Assembly (NCBI GenBank): GCA_945877035.1
Contig: CAMCQH010000004.1
Location: 3,212 to 67,211 of the forward strand
DNA length: 64,000 bases
Direction: 5' to 3'
DNA from: an uncultured Clostridium sp.
GTDB taxonomy: Bacteria > Bacillota > Clostridia > TANB77 > CAG-508
The notes under the pieces are model-generated. The model saw nothing but the letters and a program-made list of their open reading frames with translations. It had not been told where the DNA came from and made no database searches. Position numbers and translations under genes: made by a program. Shown here piece by piece: positions 19,140-29,048 of this stretch (position 1 is the stretch's first letter; every line of letters starts with the position of its first letter).

Positions 19140-19859
19140 ATGCAAAAAATATTAAGTCATATGCGAAAAGCAATAGAAGAATATAATATGATAGAAGAAA
19201 ATGATAAAATAGCAATTTGTTTATCAGGAGGAAAAGACTCAATAACAATGCTATATGCTTTTAAAAATTTACAAATATTTTATCCAAAAAAATTTGACAT
19301 AATAGCAATAAGCATTGACCCAGGATTTGATTTTTTTGATACAAACTTTTTACAAGAAATTTGTGATAAATTAGAAATACCTTTATTTATAGAAAAAAGT
19401 CATGCTAAAGAAATAGTTTTTGATATAAGAAAAGAAAAAAATCCATGTTCATTATGTGCTAATTTAAGAAGAGGAGTTATAAATTCAGTTGCAGTAAGAG
19501 AAGGATGTAACAAAATTGCACTAGGTCATAATCAAGATGATGTATTAGAGACATTTTTACTTAACTTATTATATGCCGGAAATATTGGAACATTTTCACC
19601 AGTAAGTTATATGGACCGTTCTGGAATTACTTTAATTAGACCTTTAATTTATACTCCTGAAAAAGATACAAAAAGATTTATTAAGAAAAATGATTTAGCA
19701 GTTATGCCAAAAGTATGTCCAATGGATGGAACTTCTAAAAGAGAATCAATGAAGCAAATGATTTTTACTCTTCAAAAAGATATTCCTATGATTAGAGCAA
19801 ATCTTTTTGGAGCAATACAAAGAAATTTACCATATTGGAAAATAAAAAATAGGGATTAG
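19140..19859 (+). CDS. PP-loop ATPase, TtcA-like tRNA thiolation protein
   Basis: Start moved to ATG 19140 (GGAGG 9 nt upstream). PP-loop CLSGGKDS, plus CSLCANLRRG and LGHNQDD motifs. Confidence 0.75.
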   Translation: MQKILSHMRKAIEEYNMIEENDKIAICLSGGKDSITMLYAFKNLQIFYPKKFDIIAISIDPGFDFFDTNFLQEICDKLEIPLFIEKSHAKEIVFDIRKEKNPCSLCANLRRGVINSVAVREGCNKIALGHNQDDVLETFLLNLLYAGNIGTFSPVSYMDRSGITLIRPLIYTPEKDTKRFIKKNDLAVMPKVCPMDGTSKRESMKQMIFTLQKDIPMIRANLFGAIQRNLPYWKIKNRD

Positions 19860-19886
19860 GGGCCAGGCCTCAAATCCCTATTTTTT
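19852..19886. terminator. Bidirectional hairpin terminator
   Basis: aatagggatt / aatccctatt stem around the loop aggggccaggcctca, then a T-run. The loop is nearly identical to the one at 2507-2548. Confidence 0.75.
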
Positions 19887-21617
19887 CTATTTTACAATTG
19901 CAACCATCGCATTTTTTAAATCTTCTAATTTTTTATTAGCATCTACCTCTGAAACACCTTTAACACCCATATATAACTTAATTTTAGGTTCTGTACCAGA
20001 AGGTCTAACACAACACCAACTATTATCCTCTAATGCATAATATAATACATTTGATTTTGGTAATCCTGTTTTAGATTCCTCTCCTGTTACCATATCTTTA
20101 ACATAATCTCTATCAATATCTTTAAATGTTAAAACTCTATAATCTCCAATTCTTTCAACTGGTGTATTTCTCATATTTGTCATCATTTCTTGTATTTTTT
20201 CAGCACCTTCAGCACCTTCTAAAACAATTGAAACTTGGTCCTCTTTATAATATCCATATTTTTTATAAATATTATTCATTTGATCCCATAAAGTCTCACC
20301 TTTAGATTTATAATAACAAGCCGCTTCGCATAAAGCCATTACAGCTGCAATTCCATCTTTATCTCTTGCATAATCGCCAATTAAACAACCATAACTTTCT
20401 TCAAAACCAAATACATATTCATGTCCATCTTCTAATTCTTCTTCTTTTTTCATAACAGCACCAATATTTTTGAAACCTGTCAAAACTTCATATAATTTTA
20501 AGCCATATTCTTCAGCAATTGCTTGTGTTAAATTAGAAGAAACAACAGTTGTTATCATCATTCCTTTTTCAGGTAATATTCCTTTCTCTTTCATTTGAGA
20601 AATTCTATATTCTGCAATTAATAATGCTGACATATTTCCTGTATATGTCATATATTCTCCAGTTTTGCTGTCTTTAGCATATATTCCTAATCTATCAGCA
20701 TCTGGGTCTGTTGCTAAAACTACATCCGCATCTACTTTTTTAGCCAATTCCAATGCTAGTTTGAATGCTTTTTTATCTTCTGGGTTTGGATAATCAACAG
20801 TTGGGAAATTTCCATCAGGCTCTTTTTGTTCTGGAACAACATATAAATTTTGTATTCCAATTTCTTTTAATAGTCTCTCTGCAACAGTATTTCCTGTTCC
20901 ATGTAATGGAGTATAAACAACTTTTAAAGATTTTCCTTGTTCTTTTACAATTTCAGGATTTATTATTAGAGCTTTTAAAGTATTTATATATTTATCATCC
21001 ATTTCTGTTCTTACAATATTAAGTAATCCTTTTTCAATTGCTTCCTCTTTTGACATTTCTTTTATTTCACTAAATTGTTTTACATCTCTTACTTTTGCAA
21101 TTATATCTTTATCTCTTGGAGCTACTATTTGTGAACCATCATCCCAATAAACTTTGTATCCGTTATATTTTGGTGGATTATGACTTGCTGTAATCATAAT
21201 TCCAGCTGTACATTTTAACTCTCTAACAGCAAAAGATAATTCTGGAACTGGTCTTAAATTTTCAAATAAATATGTCTTTATTCCATTTGCACATAATATT
21301 AATGCAGTTTGCATACTGAATTCTTTTGACATTTTTCTTGAATCATAACTAATTGCAACGCCTTTATCTTGTGTCCCTTGCTCTAATATGTAATTTGCTA
21401 ATCCTTGTGTCGCTTTTCCAACAGTATATTTATTCATTCTGTTAGTACCTGCTCCTATAACTCCACGAAGACCAGCTGTTCCAAATTCTAATTCTTTATA
21501 GAATCTATCTTCTATTTCTTTTTCATCATCTTTAATTTCTAATAATTCTTTTTTTGTTTCTTCATCAAAATCTGGGCTTTCACACCATTTTTTGTATTCT
21601 TCTAAATAATCTTTCAT
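19887..21617 (-). CDS. phosphoglucomutase/phosphomannomutase (alpha-D-phosphohexomutase family)
   Basis: Active-site motif TASHNPPKYNGYKVY and metal site TDPDADRLG. About 576 aa from ATG 21617 (the ORF track starts at an upstream TTG). Confidence 0.9.
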   Translation of the reverse strand: MKDYLEEYKKWCESPDFDEETKKELLEIKDDEKEIEDRFYKELEFGTAGLRGVIGAGTNRMNKYTVGKATQGLANYILEQGTQDKGVAISYDSRKMSKEFSMQTALILCANGIKTYLFENLRPVPELSFAVRELKCTAGIMITASHNPPKYNGYKVYWDDGSQIVAPRDKDIIAKVRDVKQFSEIKEMSKEEAIEKGLLNIVRTEMDDKYINTLKALIINPEIVKEQGKSLKVVYTPLHGTGNTVAERLLKEIGIQNLYVVPEQKEPDGNFPTVDYPNPEDKKAFKLALELAKKVDADVVLATDPDADRLGIYAKDSKTGEYMTYTGNMSALLIAEYRISQMKEKGILPEKGMMITTVVSSNLTQAIAEEYGLKLYEVLTGFKNIGAVMKKEEELEDGHEYVFGFEESYGCLIGDYARDKDGIAAVMALCEAACYYKSKGETLWDQMNNIYKKYGYYKEDQVSIVLEGAEGAEKIQEMMTNMRNTPVERIGDYRVLTFKDIDRDYVKDMVTGEESKTGLPKSNVLYYALEDNSWCCVRPSGTEPKIKLYMGVKGVSEVDANKKLEDLKNAMVAIVK

Positions 21618-21796
21618 AAAATCATTTCCTTTCTTTGTCAATAGGGACGCCCCTTTTTGACAATATATTTTATTAGCATCATTATAATAACACTAATCTA
21701 AAAAAAAATAAAGTTAAATCTTAATATTTATTGAAAGTTTATTTTTTATATGATAATATTTTTTATATAAAAAAGTACAAAAAAGGAGGTGAAAGT

Positions 21797-22432
21797 ATGG
21801 AAGAAAAAAAATCAATAAAAATAAGTTTGTCTACAGTCCTTTTAATCATTGCTATACTAATTATTGTTATAATGTGTTTTTACATTTATATAGAAAAACA
21901 AAATTCTACTAAAAAAATCGAAAATTTAGAATCAGATGCTAATAATATGAAATCTACAATAAACTCTTTACAAGAAAAACTTAACAATATAAATAATATT
22001 ATTAGTCAAAATGTTAGTAATACTAACAAAAATAATTCAACAAATACAAATAATTCCAATAATTCATCTGAACCTATTCAAGTAGATTATACACTTAACA
22101 TTGAAGACTTAAAGTCTATTGATTCTAATAACAATGATGAATTAAAAAATTTCTTTAACAAATATGCCGGAAAAAAGGTAAACATTACAGGTTATGTATC
22201 TAATTATGGAAATGATGCTGTTGTTCCTACAAGCACAGACTTAGCTACATACATAAACATTGGAGACAAAGACACATATAAAGATAAAATATATGCTGGC
22301 GGATACACTTTTAATAAGGAATTAATTCAAAAAATAAATAGTTTAAAAATAGGTCAGAAAATAACATTGATTGGAACAGTAGTTGATGGAACTTGGCCAC
22401 TAGATTTAGAAATTATAAATATATCAAATTAA
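21797..22432 (+). CDS. hypothetical membrane-anchored protein with Asn-rich linker
   Basis: ATG 21797 follows AAGGAGGTGA. One TM (LSTVLLIIAILIIVIMCFYIYI). No family recognised. Confidence 0.55.
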   Translation: MEEKKSIKISLSTVLLIIAILIIVIMCFYIYIEKQNSTKKIENLESDANNMKSTINSLQEKLNNINNIISQNVSNTNKNNSTNTNNSNNSSEPIQVDYTLNIEDLKSIDSNNNDELKNFFNKYAGKKVNITGYVSNYGNDAVVPTSTDLATYINIGDKDTYKDKIYAGGYTFNKELIQKINSLKIGQKITLIGTVVDGTWPLDLEIINISN

Positions 22433-22437
22433 AAAAA

Positions 22438-22483
22438 TTGATTGCTGAAGTAGCTTTTTTAACTTTTACTTCAACAATCAATC
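22438..22483. terminator. Bidirectional hairpin terminator
   Basis: 15-bp stem ttgattgctgaagta / tacttcaacaatcaa (one mismatch) between convergent genes. Confidence 0.7.
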
Positions 22484-22487
22484 TTTT

Positions 22488-23738
22488 TTATTTCAAATGA
22501 TAAAAATTTTCATATAACTTTCTAGCAGTCTTTGGACAGTCAACTCCAGCATCATCTGCATTTTTAACAGGAGCAAATTCTTCCTCTCTCTTTACTCTAA
22601 GTATTGCCATATCATCAACTTCGCCAAAAGCATCAAATAAAAATGCCTCAAATTTATACGCATTTGGAGAATCTGGAACTACTAAATTTCCATCTTTATC
22701 AATATATTTAGCTTTTTTAAAAGCACTATGATATGGTAAAGGTGTACTTCCCATTCTTTCTACTGCATCAATACTAAATAAATTACAAAGAATATGTGAC
22801 TCGCCATATAAAAGCTCACCATTTTCATCTGTTGCCTCTGCCATTTTATCAGAAATCTCTGAATATTCTATAACACTTGGTTTTCCATTTCTCTTACAAA
22901 ATACTCCAACTTTTTCATGTGGATTAGCTTTAACAATAGATTTACAAGCAACTGTAACTCCTTTATCAATAGCAATTCCCATTAAAACAGGATCTACCAT
23001 TTTTACTAAACAGTTATCTACTCCACCAATAAATACCCATTCAATACCAAGTTGTCTCATTTTTTCAGTCATACCACTTTTTACTAATGACTCATATATA
23101 CCACCATGTCCATCAGCAGCTTGCTTTATTAAACCATCTTCACCAATTAATATTTTTCCTTCAGTATCAACCATTGGTAATTCACCTTGAATAAAGAAGA
23201 AAATATTTTTATCTTTTTGATATCCAAAATATTTATTTTTTTCAAAAAAATTAAGAGTTTCTTCATTATTTTCCCTACTTGTCATAATAAACCATGGTAT
23301 AGTAGCACCATATTTCTTTCCTGCTTCTTTTAAACCATCACTTAATAACTCAAATAAAGATTTATGAGAGTCTAATCCAATATCATAAGTTCCTTTAGGA
23401 CCATTATGTCCAAGTCTTGTGCCTTGTCCACCTGCCATAGTAACAGCCGCAAGTTTTCCTTCTTTTATAGAACGTTTTCCTATATTTTCATAATATTTAT
23501 AATCATCATATAATTTATTTTTATCTAAATATTCCATTGGTTCAATTACATCATCATTTTCTTGAGGTTCTTTTGTAGTATTGTTATATAAACTTTTTAT
23601 TAATTCAAAATCAATATTTAAAATTTGTTCTAATAATTCTTTTTTCTTTTTATCATCTAATTTTTCATATCCATTTAATAAATGTTCTTGATTAAATTTT
23701 TTTAGTATGACTTTTGCTTCTTCTAGTTTGTTTATCAT
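22488..23738 (-). CDS. UDP-sugar / UDP-N-acetylhexosamine pyrophosphorylase (UDPGP family)
   Basis: Motif MAGGQGTRLGHNGPKGTY, with overall length and pattern of eukaryote-type UDPGP enzymes. Start chosen at ATG 23738 (GAAAGGA RBS). Confidence 0.75.
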   Translation of the reverse strand: MINKLEEAKVILKKFNQEHLLNGYEKLDDKKKKELLEQILNIDFELIKSLYNNTTKEPQENDDVIEPMEYLDKNKLYDDYKYYENIGKRSIKEGKLAAVTMAGGQGTRLGHNGPKGTYDIGLDSHKSLFELLSDGLKEAGKKYGATIPWFIMTSRENNEETLNFFEKNKYFGYQKDKNIFFFIQGELPMVDTEGKILIGEDGLIKQAADGHGGIYESLVKSGMTEKMRQLGIEWVFIGGVDNCLVKMVDPVLMGIAIDKGVTVACKSIVKANPHEKVGVFCKRNGKPSVIEYSEISDKMAEATDENGELLYGESHILCNLFSIDAVERMGSTPLPYHSAFKKAKYIDKDGNLVVPDSPNAYKFEAFLFDAFGEVDDMAILRVKREEEFAPVKNADDAGVDCPKTARKLYENFYHLK

Positions 23739-23824
23739 AATTTTCATCCTTTCAACATTTTTTGTTATAAACATATATATATACCATTTTTTAAAATTAA
23801 TCAAGTCTTTTACTAATATTTATT

Positions 23825-24295
23825 TTACAATAGCTTCTCTACCCCAGAAGTAGACAAAACTTTACTATAATTTTTAGCAATACTACTAACATCTTTATAA
23901 ACTTCGTTAATATCATAACAATCTACAACTTTTACTTCACCATTATTAACCCAATTTTTAATATTTGCATTAACACTATTAATATAATTTTCCTTTCCTT
24001 TAACAAATATTATTGTCTCTTTACCATTTCCATTAGCACTTTTTATTTCTTTAAATTTATTTACATCATTATTTTTCCAATCAATTTTTGTTATTTTATC
24101 TTTTTCTTCTTTATTCAAATTTACTCTTGATAATAATTTATCAACAGACCCATTTAAATCATTTTCTGTCATTATTATAACATTATTATCTTTTTTTAAG
24201 TTTTCATTAATATAAGGTAAACTTATCATCTCAAAATGATAATCACTTGCAAAAAATAAACATAATTTTTCTTCATTTTTACTTTCTTTTACCAT
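23825..24295 (-). CDS. hypothetical protein (156 aa)
   Basis: Clean ORF with an ATG start. No family recognised. Confidence 0.5.
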   Translation of the reverse strand: MVKESKNEEKLCLFFASDYHFEMISLPYINENLKKDNNVIIMTENDLNGSVDKLLSRVNLNKEEKDKITKIDWKNNDVNKFKEIKSANGNGKETIIFVKGKENYINSVNANIKNWVNNGEVKVVDCYDINEVYKDVSSIAKNYSKVLSTSGVEKLL

Positions 24296-24476
24296 TAACA
24301 AACCAACCCTTTCAATTTCATAAAGAAATCTTTTTTCTTTAGAATATCTTTAATTTTTAGTACTGGTAAATTTTACCATTTTTATAGAAATATGTCAATA
24401 ATATTTCAAAAATATTTCAGAAATATTTCATCGAGCTTTTTCGACATATTTTATGTCTTTAATCTATAGAGAAGTA

Positions 24477-24660
24477 AAATTGATAATATATAAATAAAAT
24501 TATTTTTGACGAATGCGATTGGAGCAAGTCAATAAGTTCTTAATTACTTTTATGGAAAGAGTTCATTTTTAATGGAAGGGTGCCATAAAAGGAATTTAGA
24601 AATTATTGACTCGCGTATTGAGCCGAGACAAAAAATTTTTATTTATATATTCTCAATTTT
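24477..24660. repeat. 184-bp imperfect palindrome in the intergenic region upstream of spoIIR
   Basis: Arms are aaaattgataatatataaataaaa...cttttatgg and ccataaaag...ttttatttatatattctcaatttt. The GC-rich inner blocks (gcgattggagc / gcgtattgagcc) are in direct rather than inverted orientation. Confidence 0.75.
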
Positions 24661-24759
24661 ACGGTTAATTTTAAAAAAATGTAAATGTATAAATTTATAC
24701 AAATTGTAAATAATTAATTTAAAGAATATTTTTCAAAAAAAGTTTTTAGGAGGTAACTT

Positions 24760-25425
24760 ATGAAAAAATTTTTAAATGAAATCAAAAATTCCAAAATAGG
24801 AATTACAATTATTTTAAGTTTATTATTATTTTTATATACAATAATATGTGCAATTTCATATGTTAGTGCTGTCTCTACTGATATAAGTGATAGTGTATTC
24901 AGATTGCATGTAATAGCAAATAGTAATAGTGATGAAGACCAAGCTTTAAAATACAAAGTAAGAGATAATTTATTAAATTATATGAATAATATTTGTAAAG
25001 ATTGTACTTCTAAAGAAGAAGCCATCAATATTGTTTCTGAACATCAAGAAGAATTTAGGCAAGTTGCTTTGGAAACAATAAAAAATGAAGGATATTCATA
25101 TGATGTAAGAATAGAAATTGGAAATTTTGAATTTCCAACAAAACAATATGGTGATATTTCTCTTCCTGCTGGTTTTTACGATGCTTTAAAAGTAGAAATA
25201 GGAAAAGCTGAAGGTAGAAATTGGTGGTGTGTAATGTTTCCATCTCTTTGCTTTGTAGATATTTCTTCTGGAATTGTACCAGAAGAGTCAAAAGAAGATC
25301 TTCAAAATGTTTTATCAGATGAAGAATATGCAATAATATCTGATAATTATGACTATGGAATAAAATTCAAATTTAAATTATTAGAATTCTTTGGAAAAAG
25401 TAATTTAATTGTTTCAAACAAATAG
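24760..25425 (+). CDS. spoIIR: stage II sporulation protein R
   Basis: Signal/TM segment followed by FRLHVIANSNSDEDQALKYKVRDNLL and WWCVMFPSLCF, both characteristic of SpoIIR. Confidence 0.9.
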   Translation: MKKFLNEIKNSKIGITIILSLLLFLYTIICAISYVSAVSTDISDSVFRLHVIANSNSDEDQALKYKVRDNLLNYMNNICKDCTSKEEAINIVSEHQEEFRQVALETIKNEGYSYDVRIEIGNFEFPTKQYGDISLPAGFYDALKVEIGKAEGRNWWCVMFPSLCFVDISSGIVPEESKEDLQNVLSDEEYAIISDNYDYGIKFKFKLLEFFGKSNLIVSNK

Positions 25426-25508
25426 CTACAATTCAGTAATAACTACTTGCAATACTTTACTCTTTATGGTATATTTTTAACATACAATAATACTTGGGAG
25501 GAATTCAA

Positions 25509-26768
25509 TTGGAAAAATTACTAATAACAGGACCAACACCATTAAAAGGTGAAGTAGAAATAAGTGGAGCAAAAAATGCAGCTGTAGCAATCTTACCAGC
25601 TACATTATTAATAGATGGAGTTTGCACAATAAACAATCTTCCTAATATAAGTGATGTACAAATTTTATGCAAAATATTAGAAGAAATGGGAGCAAAAATA
25701 GTTTGGAATACTCCAAATGAAATTACAATAGACACAAGAAATATAAATACAACACAAGCACCTTTAGATTTAACTAGTAAATTTAGGGCATCTTATTATC
25801 TTATAGGAGCAATGCTTGGTAGAACTGGAGCAATAGAAGTCGGCATGCCTGGTGGATGTAAATTAGGGGCTAGACCTATTGACCAACATATTAAAGGATT
25901 CGAATTACTAGGTGCAACAGTTGAAGTTGAAAAAGGAATAATATCAGCAAAAGCTAATTGCCTAACTGGAAATTCTATTTACATGGATGTTGTTTCAGTA
26001 GGAGCTACAATAAATGTAATGTTAGCTGCTGTTTTAGCAAAAGGAACAACTATTATAGATAACGCGGCAAAAGAGCCACATATAGTTGATGTTGCAAACT
26101 TTTTAAATACAATGGGTGCTGATATAAGAGGTGCAGGAACAGATGTTATAAAAATTAATGGTGTAGAAAAATTACATGGTGATTGCACATATTCTGTAGT
26201 TCCAGACCAAATAGAAGCAGGAACTTTTATGTTAGCAGCAATAGCTTCTAAAGGTGATTTATTAATAAAAAATTGTATTACAAAACATTTAGAATGTATA
26301 ACTGCTAAAATATTAGAAATTGGCGGAAATGTAGAAGATAATGGTGATAATATTAGAGTTTGGTATAGTAAACGACCAAATAAAGCAATAATAAAAACCT
26401 TGCCATACCCCGGATTTCCAACAGATTTACAACCTCAAATGGGCGTAGTTTTATCAACTGCAAATGGTACAAGCATCATAAATGAAAGCATTTGGGAGTC
26501 AAGATTTCAGTACACTGCTGAATTAAACAAAATGGGAGCAAAAATAACACCACAAGGAAAATCTGCTGTATTTGAAGGTGTTGATGAATTATTTGGAGCA
26601 CCTGTATATTCAACAGATTTAAGAGCTGGTGCAGCATTAATAGTTGCTGGTGTATCTGCAAACGGTACTACTGAAGTCTATAATTTAGATCATATCGATA
26701 GAGGATATGAAAACATAGAAGAAAAATTTAGAAAAATAGGTGCTAATATACAAAGAGTCAAAGAATAA
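25509..26768 (+). CDS. murA: UDP-N-acetylglucosamine 1-carboxyvinyltransferase
   Basis: EPSP-synthase fold pattern: ISGAKNAAVAILPA and GGCKLGARPIDQH (catalytic Cys loop). TTG 25509 lies 7 nt after GGAGG. Confidence 0.9.
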   Translation: MEKLLITGPTPLKGEVEISGAKNAAVAILPATLLIDGVCTINNLPNISDVQILCKILEEMGAKIVWNTPNEITIDTRNINTTQAPLDLTSKFRASYYLIGAMLGRTGAIEVGMPGGCKLGARPIDQHIKGFELLGATVEVEKGIISAKANCLTGNSIYMDVVSVGATINVMLAAVLAKGTTIIDNAAKEPHIVDVANFLNTMGADIRGAGTDVIKINGVEKLHGDCTYSVVPDQIEAGTFMLAAIASKGDLLIKNCITKHLECITAKILEIGGNVEDNGDNIRVWYSKRPNKAIIKTLPYPGFPTDLQPQMGVVLSTANGTSIINESIWESRFQYTAELNKMGAKITPQGKSAVFEGVDELFGAPVYSTDLRAGAALIVAGVSANGTTEVYNLDHIDRGYENIEEKFRKIGANIQRVKE

Positions 26769-26793
26769 TAAATCAGCAAAGGAAGAAATAAAA

Positions 26794-27582
26794 ATGTTAA
26801 ATTTTTGTAGCTTATATAGTGGAAGTAGTGGAAATAGTTTACTTGTAGAAACAGAAAATACAAAATTACTAATTGATGCAGGTGTTAGTAGTAAAAAAAT
26901 AGAAACAGCATTAACAAATTTAAACATAGACCCTTCATCAATTAACGGAATACTAATAACACATGAACACTCTGACCATGTACAAGGTTTAGGTACATTT
27001 GCAAAAAAATTTGATTTGCCTGTATTTGTAAATCAAAAAACATTAGATGCAATGCCTAAACAAAAGGAAAAAATTCCTGAAAAAAATATTAAAAAATTCA
27101 AAATAGAAGAAAAATTTGAAATTGGAGATATGCAAATAAAACCATTTTCGATACCACATGATGCCGCAAATCCATGCGGTTTCAATGTGTTTAAAGACAA
27201 TAAAAAAATTAGTATTGCAACAGATATTGGACATATGACAAACGGTATATTAAAAAATTTGGAAGACAGTATCTTTGTTTTGCTAGAATCAAATTATGAT
27301 CCAGAAGTTCTAAAATTTTCTAGATATCCATATCCTTTAAAATCTAGAATAGCTGGACCTACTGGCCATTTATCTAACGAGCTAGCAGGAAAAACAATTT
27401 CACACCTTCTAAATTCAGGTTTGCAACAAGCAATGCTTGGACATTTAAGTAAAGAAAGTAACTTTCCTGAACTTGCTTATAAAACTGTTATTGATGAAAT
27501 AATATCAAGTAATTATAATGAAAATTCTTTAAAATTAAGTGTAGCAAGCAGAGATGTTCCTGGAGATATAATATCATTTTAA
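26794..27582 (+). CDS. MBL-fold metallo-hydrolase (YycJ/WalJ-like)
   Basis: MLNFCSLYSGSSGNSLLVETENTKLLIDAG plus THEHSDH. Sits next to rlmH as in Bacillus. Confidence 0.8.
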   Translation: MLNFCSLYSGSSGNSLLVETENTKLLIDAGVSSKKIETALTNLNIDPSSINGILITHEHSDHVQGLGTFAKKFDLPVFVNQKTLDAMPKQKEKIPEKNIKKFKIEEKFEIGDMQIKPFSIPHDAANPCGFNVFKDNKKISIATDIGHMTNGILKNLEDSIFVLLESNYDPEVLKFSRYPYPLKSRIAGPTGHLSNELAGKTISHLLNSGLQQAMLGHLSKESNFPELAYKTVIDEIISSNYNENSLKLSVASRDVPGDIISF

Positions 27583-27693
27583 TGTCCAAAAGGGACGGTT
27601 CTTTTTGGACATTTTGTCCATTTGGGACACATCTTAAATAAGATCGGGGATTTTTGGACTTTTTGTCCAAACATAACCGTCCCTTTTGGACAA
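27581..27693. repeat. Cluster of three GC-rich palindromic elements (TGTCCAAAAGGGACGGTTCTTTTTGGACA family)
   Basis: aatgtccaaaagggacggttctttttggacatt, ttgtccatttgggacac and ttggactttttgtccaaacataaccgtcccttttggacaag. Their translation creates the spurious N-terminal extension of ORF 27622. Confidence 0.8.
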
Positions 27694-27708
27694 GAAAGAG
27701 AAAGTAAA

Positions 27709-28188
27709 ATGTTAACAATAAATATAGTATGTATTGGAAAAATTAAAGAAAAATTTTTTAAAGATGCAATAGATGAATATTCAAAAAGATTATCTAAATA
27801 TTGTAAATTAAATATTTTAGAATTACCAGATGAAAAAATTCCAGATAAAATAAATCCAAATATTGAAAACGAAATTAAATCAAAAGAATGTGACAATATT
27901 ATAAATCACATAAAAAAAGATTCTTATGTTGTTTGCTTAGATTTAACTGGAAAAGAGCTTTCTTCTGAACAATTTTCTAAAAATATTGAAGATATATCTA
28001 TGCAATCAAGTCAAATTACTTTTATTATTGGTGGTTCTTTAGGATTAACTGAAAGAGTTTTAAAATTAGCAAACCAAAAAATATGTTTTTCAAAAATGAC
28101 TTTTCCTCACCAATTAATAAGGATATTTTTATTAGAGCAATTATTTAGGGCTTTTAAAATATCTAATGGTGAAACTTATCATAGATAA
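27709..28188 (+). CDS. rlmH: 23S rRNA (pseudouridine1915-N3)-methyltransferase
   Basis: 159 aa from ATG 27709, MLTINIVCIGKIKEKFFKDAIDEYSKRL...FIIGGSLGL...SKMTFPHQL. This is the SPOUT RlmH pattern. Confidence 0.9.
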   Translation: MLTINIVCIGKIKEKFFKDAIDEYSKRLSKYCKLNILELPDEKIPDKINPNIENEIKSKECDNIINHIKKDSYVVCLDLTGKELSSEQFSKNIEDISMQSSQITFIIGGSLGLTERVLKLANQKICFSKMTFPHQLIRIFLLEQLFRAFKISNGETYHR

Positions 28189-28499
28189 TTTATTTGGTAT
28201 TGTAGGGAAAACACATTTATGAACACAACTATGAAAGAAAATATTACGTGGGACGACACTTATATAAAAACTTTCAAAAGGGTTTATCAATTATATTTTG
28301 GGGGAATATGATGATATAATATTTTCCCTACAAAATTAAAAACATTATTAAATTTTAATTATTGATTTTTTTTAGAATTATGATTGCTAATATTTTAGTA
28401 ATCATTTTTTTGACTATAAAAAAAATTGATATAAATAAAATAAATCTTAAAATCATAAACATATTTTACAATACAATTTCTAAAAAGTCAACAAGAAAA

Positions 28500-29048
28500 T
28501 TACGACAAAAATCGACAAACCACAACACTTGTAACTATTCCAACAAAGTCTGCAATTAAAGCAGCCCACAAAACAAACCTTGTCTTTTTTATACCTACAC
28601 TACTTGTATAAACTGCAATTGTATAAACAGTCGTTTCAGTAGAACCCATAATAACAGATGCCATTAGTCCAATATTGGAATCAACTCCAAATTTATTCAT
28701 AATATCTGTTGCAACAGCAATTGAACTACTTCCAGAAATTGGTCTAATTAGAGCCAATGGTAATATTTCAGTTGGAAAATTAACTAAATTTAAAACAGGT
28801 GTTAAAAAATTAATAATTAAATCTATAATTCCAGAACTTCTTAAAGCTCCTATTGCAACAAATAATCCTACTAAAGTTGGAAAAATATTAAAAACAACAC
28901 TTATTCCCTCTTTAGCACCTTCTAAAAAAATATCAAAAACTTTTTTTCTTTCAATAACACCATAAAGAACAATAATAATTATCATTAATGGCATTGCAAT
29001 ATTTGAAAAATACTCTATAATTTTCATGAACACTCTCCTATTTTCCAA
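28500..29048 (-). CDS. spmB: spore maturation protein B (nucleoside-recognition/Gate domain)
   Basis: 182-aa polytopic membrane protein, overlapping the end of the spmA-like gene as in the spmAB operon. Confidence 0.75.
   Translation of the reverse strand: MENRRVFMKIIEYFSNIAMPLMIIIIVLYGVIERKKVFDIFLEGAKEGISVVFNIFPTLVGLFVAIGALRSSGIIDLIINFLTPVLNLVNFPTEILPLALIRPISGSSSIAVATDIMNKFGVDSNIGLMASVIMGSTETTVYTIAVYTSSVGIKKTRFVLWAALIADFVGIVTSVVVCRFLS

Noticed and set aside
27579-27896. Minus-strand ORF 27579-27896 and the N-terminal 29 codons of plus-strand ORF 27622-28188.
   Set aside because: Both are created by reading through the GC-rich palindromic elements. The rlmH homology and its RBS begin at 27709.
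28362-28559. Miscellaneous short ORFs in the track, including 28362-28559, 31861-32100, 32671-32877, 37324-37512, 24714-24956, 6918-7172, 39349-39546 and 62067-62402.
   Set aside because: They are antisense to or overlap well-supported genes or intergenic repeats. They have hydrophobic low-complexity composition typical of AT-rich noise and no RBS.
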